Shown in pieces: positions 63,879-64,000 of a DNA stretch of 64,000 nt. Each line of letters starts with the position of its first letter. Position 1 is the stretch's first letter. The stretch spans positions 17,982,001 through 18,046,000 of the forward strand of contig CM052816.1 of NCBI GenBank assembly GCA_028534125.1, read 5' to 3'. The notes below the pieces were generated by a model. It was not told the DNA's origin. It did no database searches and saw only the letters and a list, made by a program, of their open reading frames with translations. Source of the DNA: Lama glama (taxonomy: Eukaryota). Position numbers and translations under genes: made by a program.

Positions 63879-64000
63879 TGGGTCTGTCTGGATAGACCAG
63901 GAGATACTGTGGGTGCAAAGAACATCCAAATCTCGATGCCTTAAGAAAACAAAAAAAAGCTTATTTCTCACTCACACTGTCTGCCTATCACTCTTAGGCT
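63879..64000 (-). mobile_element. Old MLT1 (J/K/L-like) LTR end, truncated by the window
   Basis: caaatctcgatgccttaagaaaacaaaaaaagcttatttctcactcacact. Confidence 0.55.

Noticed and set aside
1..64000. The supplied six-frame ORFs as protein-coding genes
   Set aside because: They are short, low-complexity or repeat-derived, with no recognisable domain and no consistent exon chain; this is the expected background for mammalian DNA.

Overview
Mammalian (eutherian) non-coding DNA, CpG-depleted, with no CpG island and no recognisable protein-coding exon, tRNA, rRNA or CRISPR array. It is probably intergenic or deep intronic. Much of the window is interspersed repeat. Ancient elements include MIR, L2, L1M, hAT/Tigger DNA transposons and MaLR/ERVL LTRs. 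There is one ERV1-type solo LTR with a 4-bp target-site duplication (TSD), and several younger L1 3' ends with intact TSDs. An ~8 kb old L1 (23.1-31.0 kb) hosts nested insertions and a 500-N assembly gap. The young L1 3'UTRs resemble camelid L1s as I recall them, and I saw no Alu, B1, BovB/Bov-tA, CHR or PRE1 elements, so a camelid source is likely (inference). All repeat family names are from memory of consensus sequences, not from a search, and boundaries without TSDs are approximate. I found no demonstrable novel biological system. The best leads are: a probable L1 3' transduction (40.3-40.7 kb); an L1 5'UTR fused to an L1 3' tip that could splice in frame into a downstream exon-like segment (56-aa ORF); a prematurely ended young L1 spanning the gap; a 45-bp L1 insertion; a perfect 48-bp duplication; an inverted-repeat cluster; a solo LTR with a TATA box upstream of exon-like segments; and a convergent pair of CTCF-like motifs.
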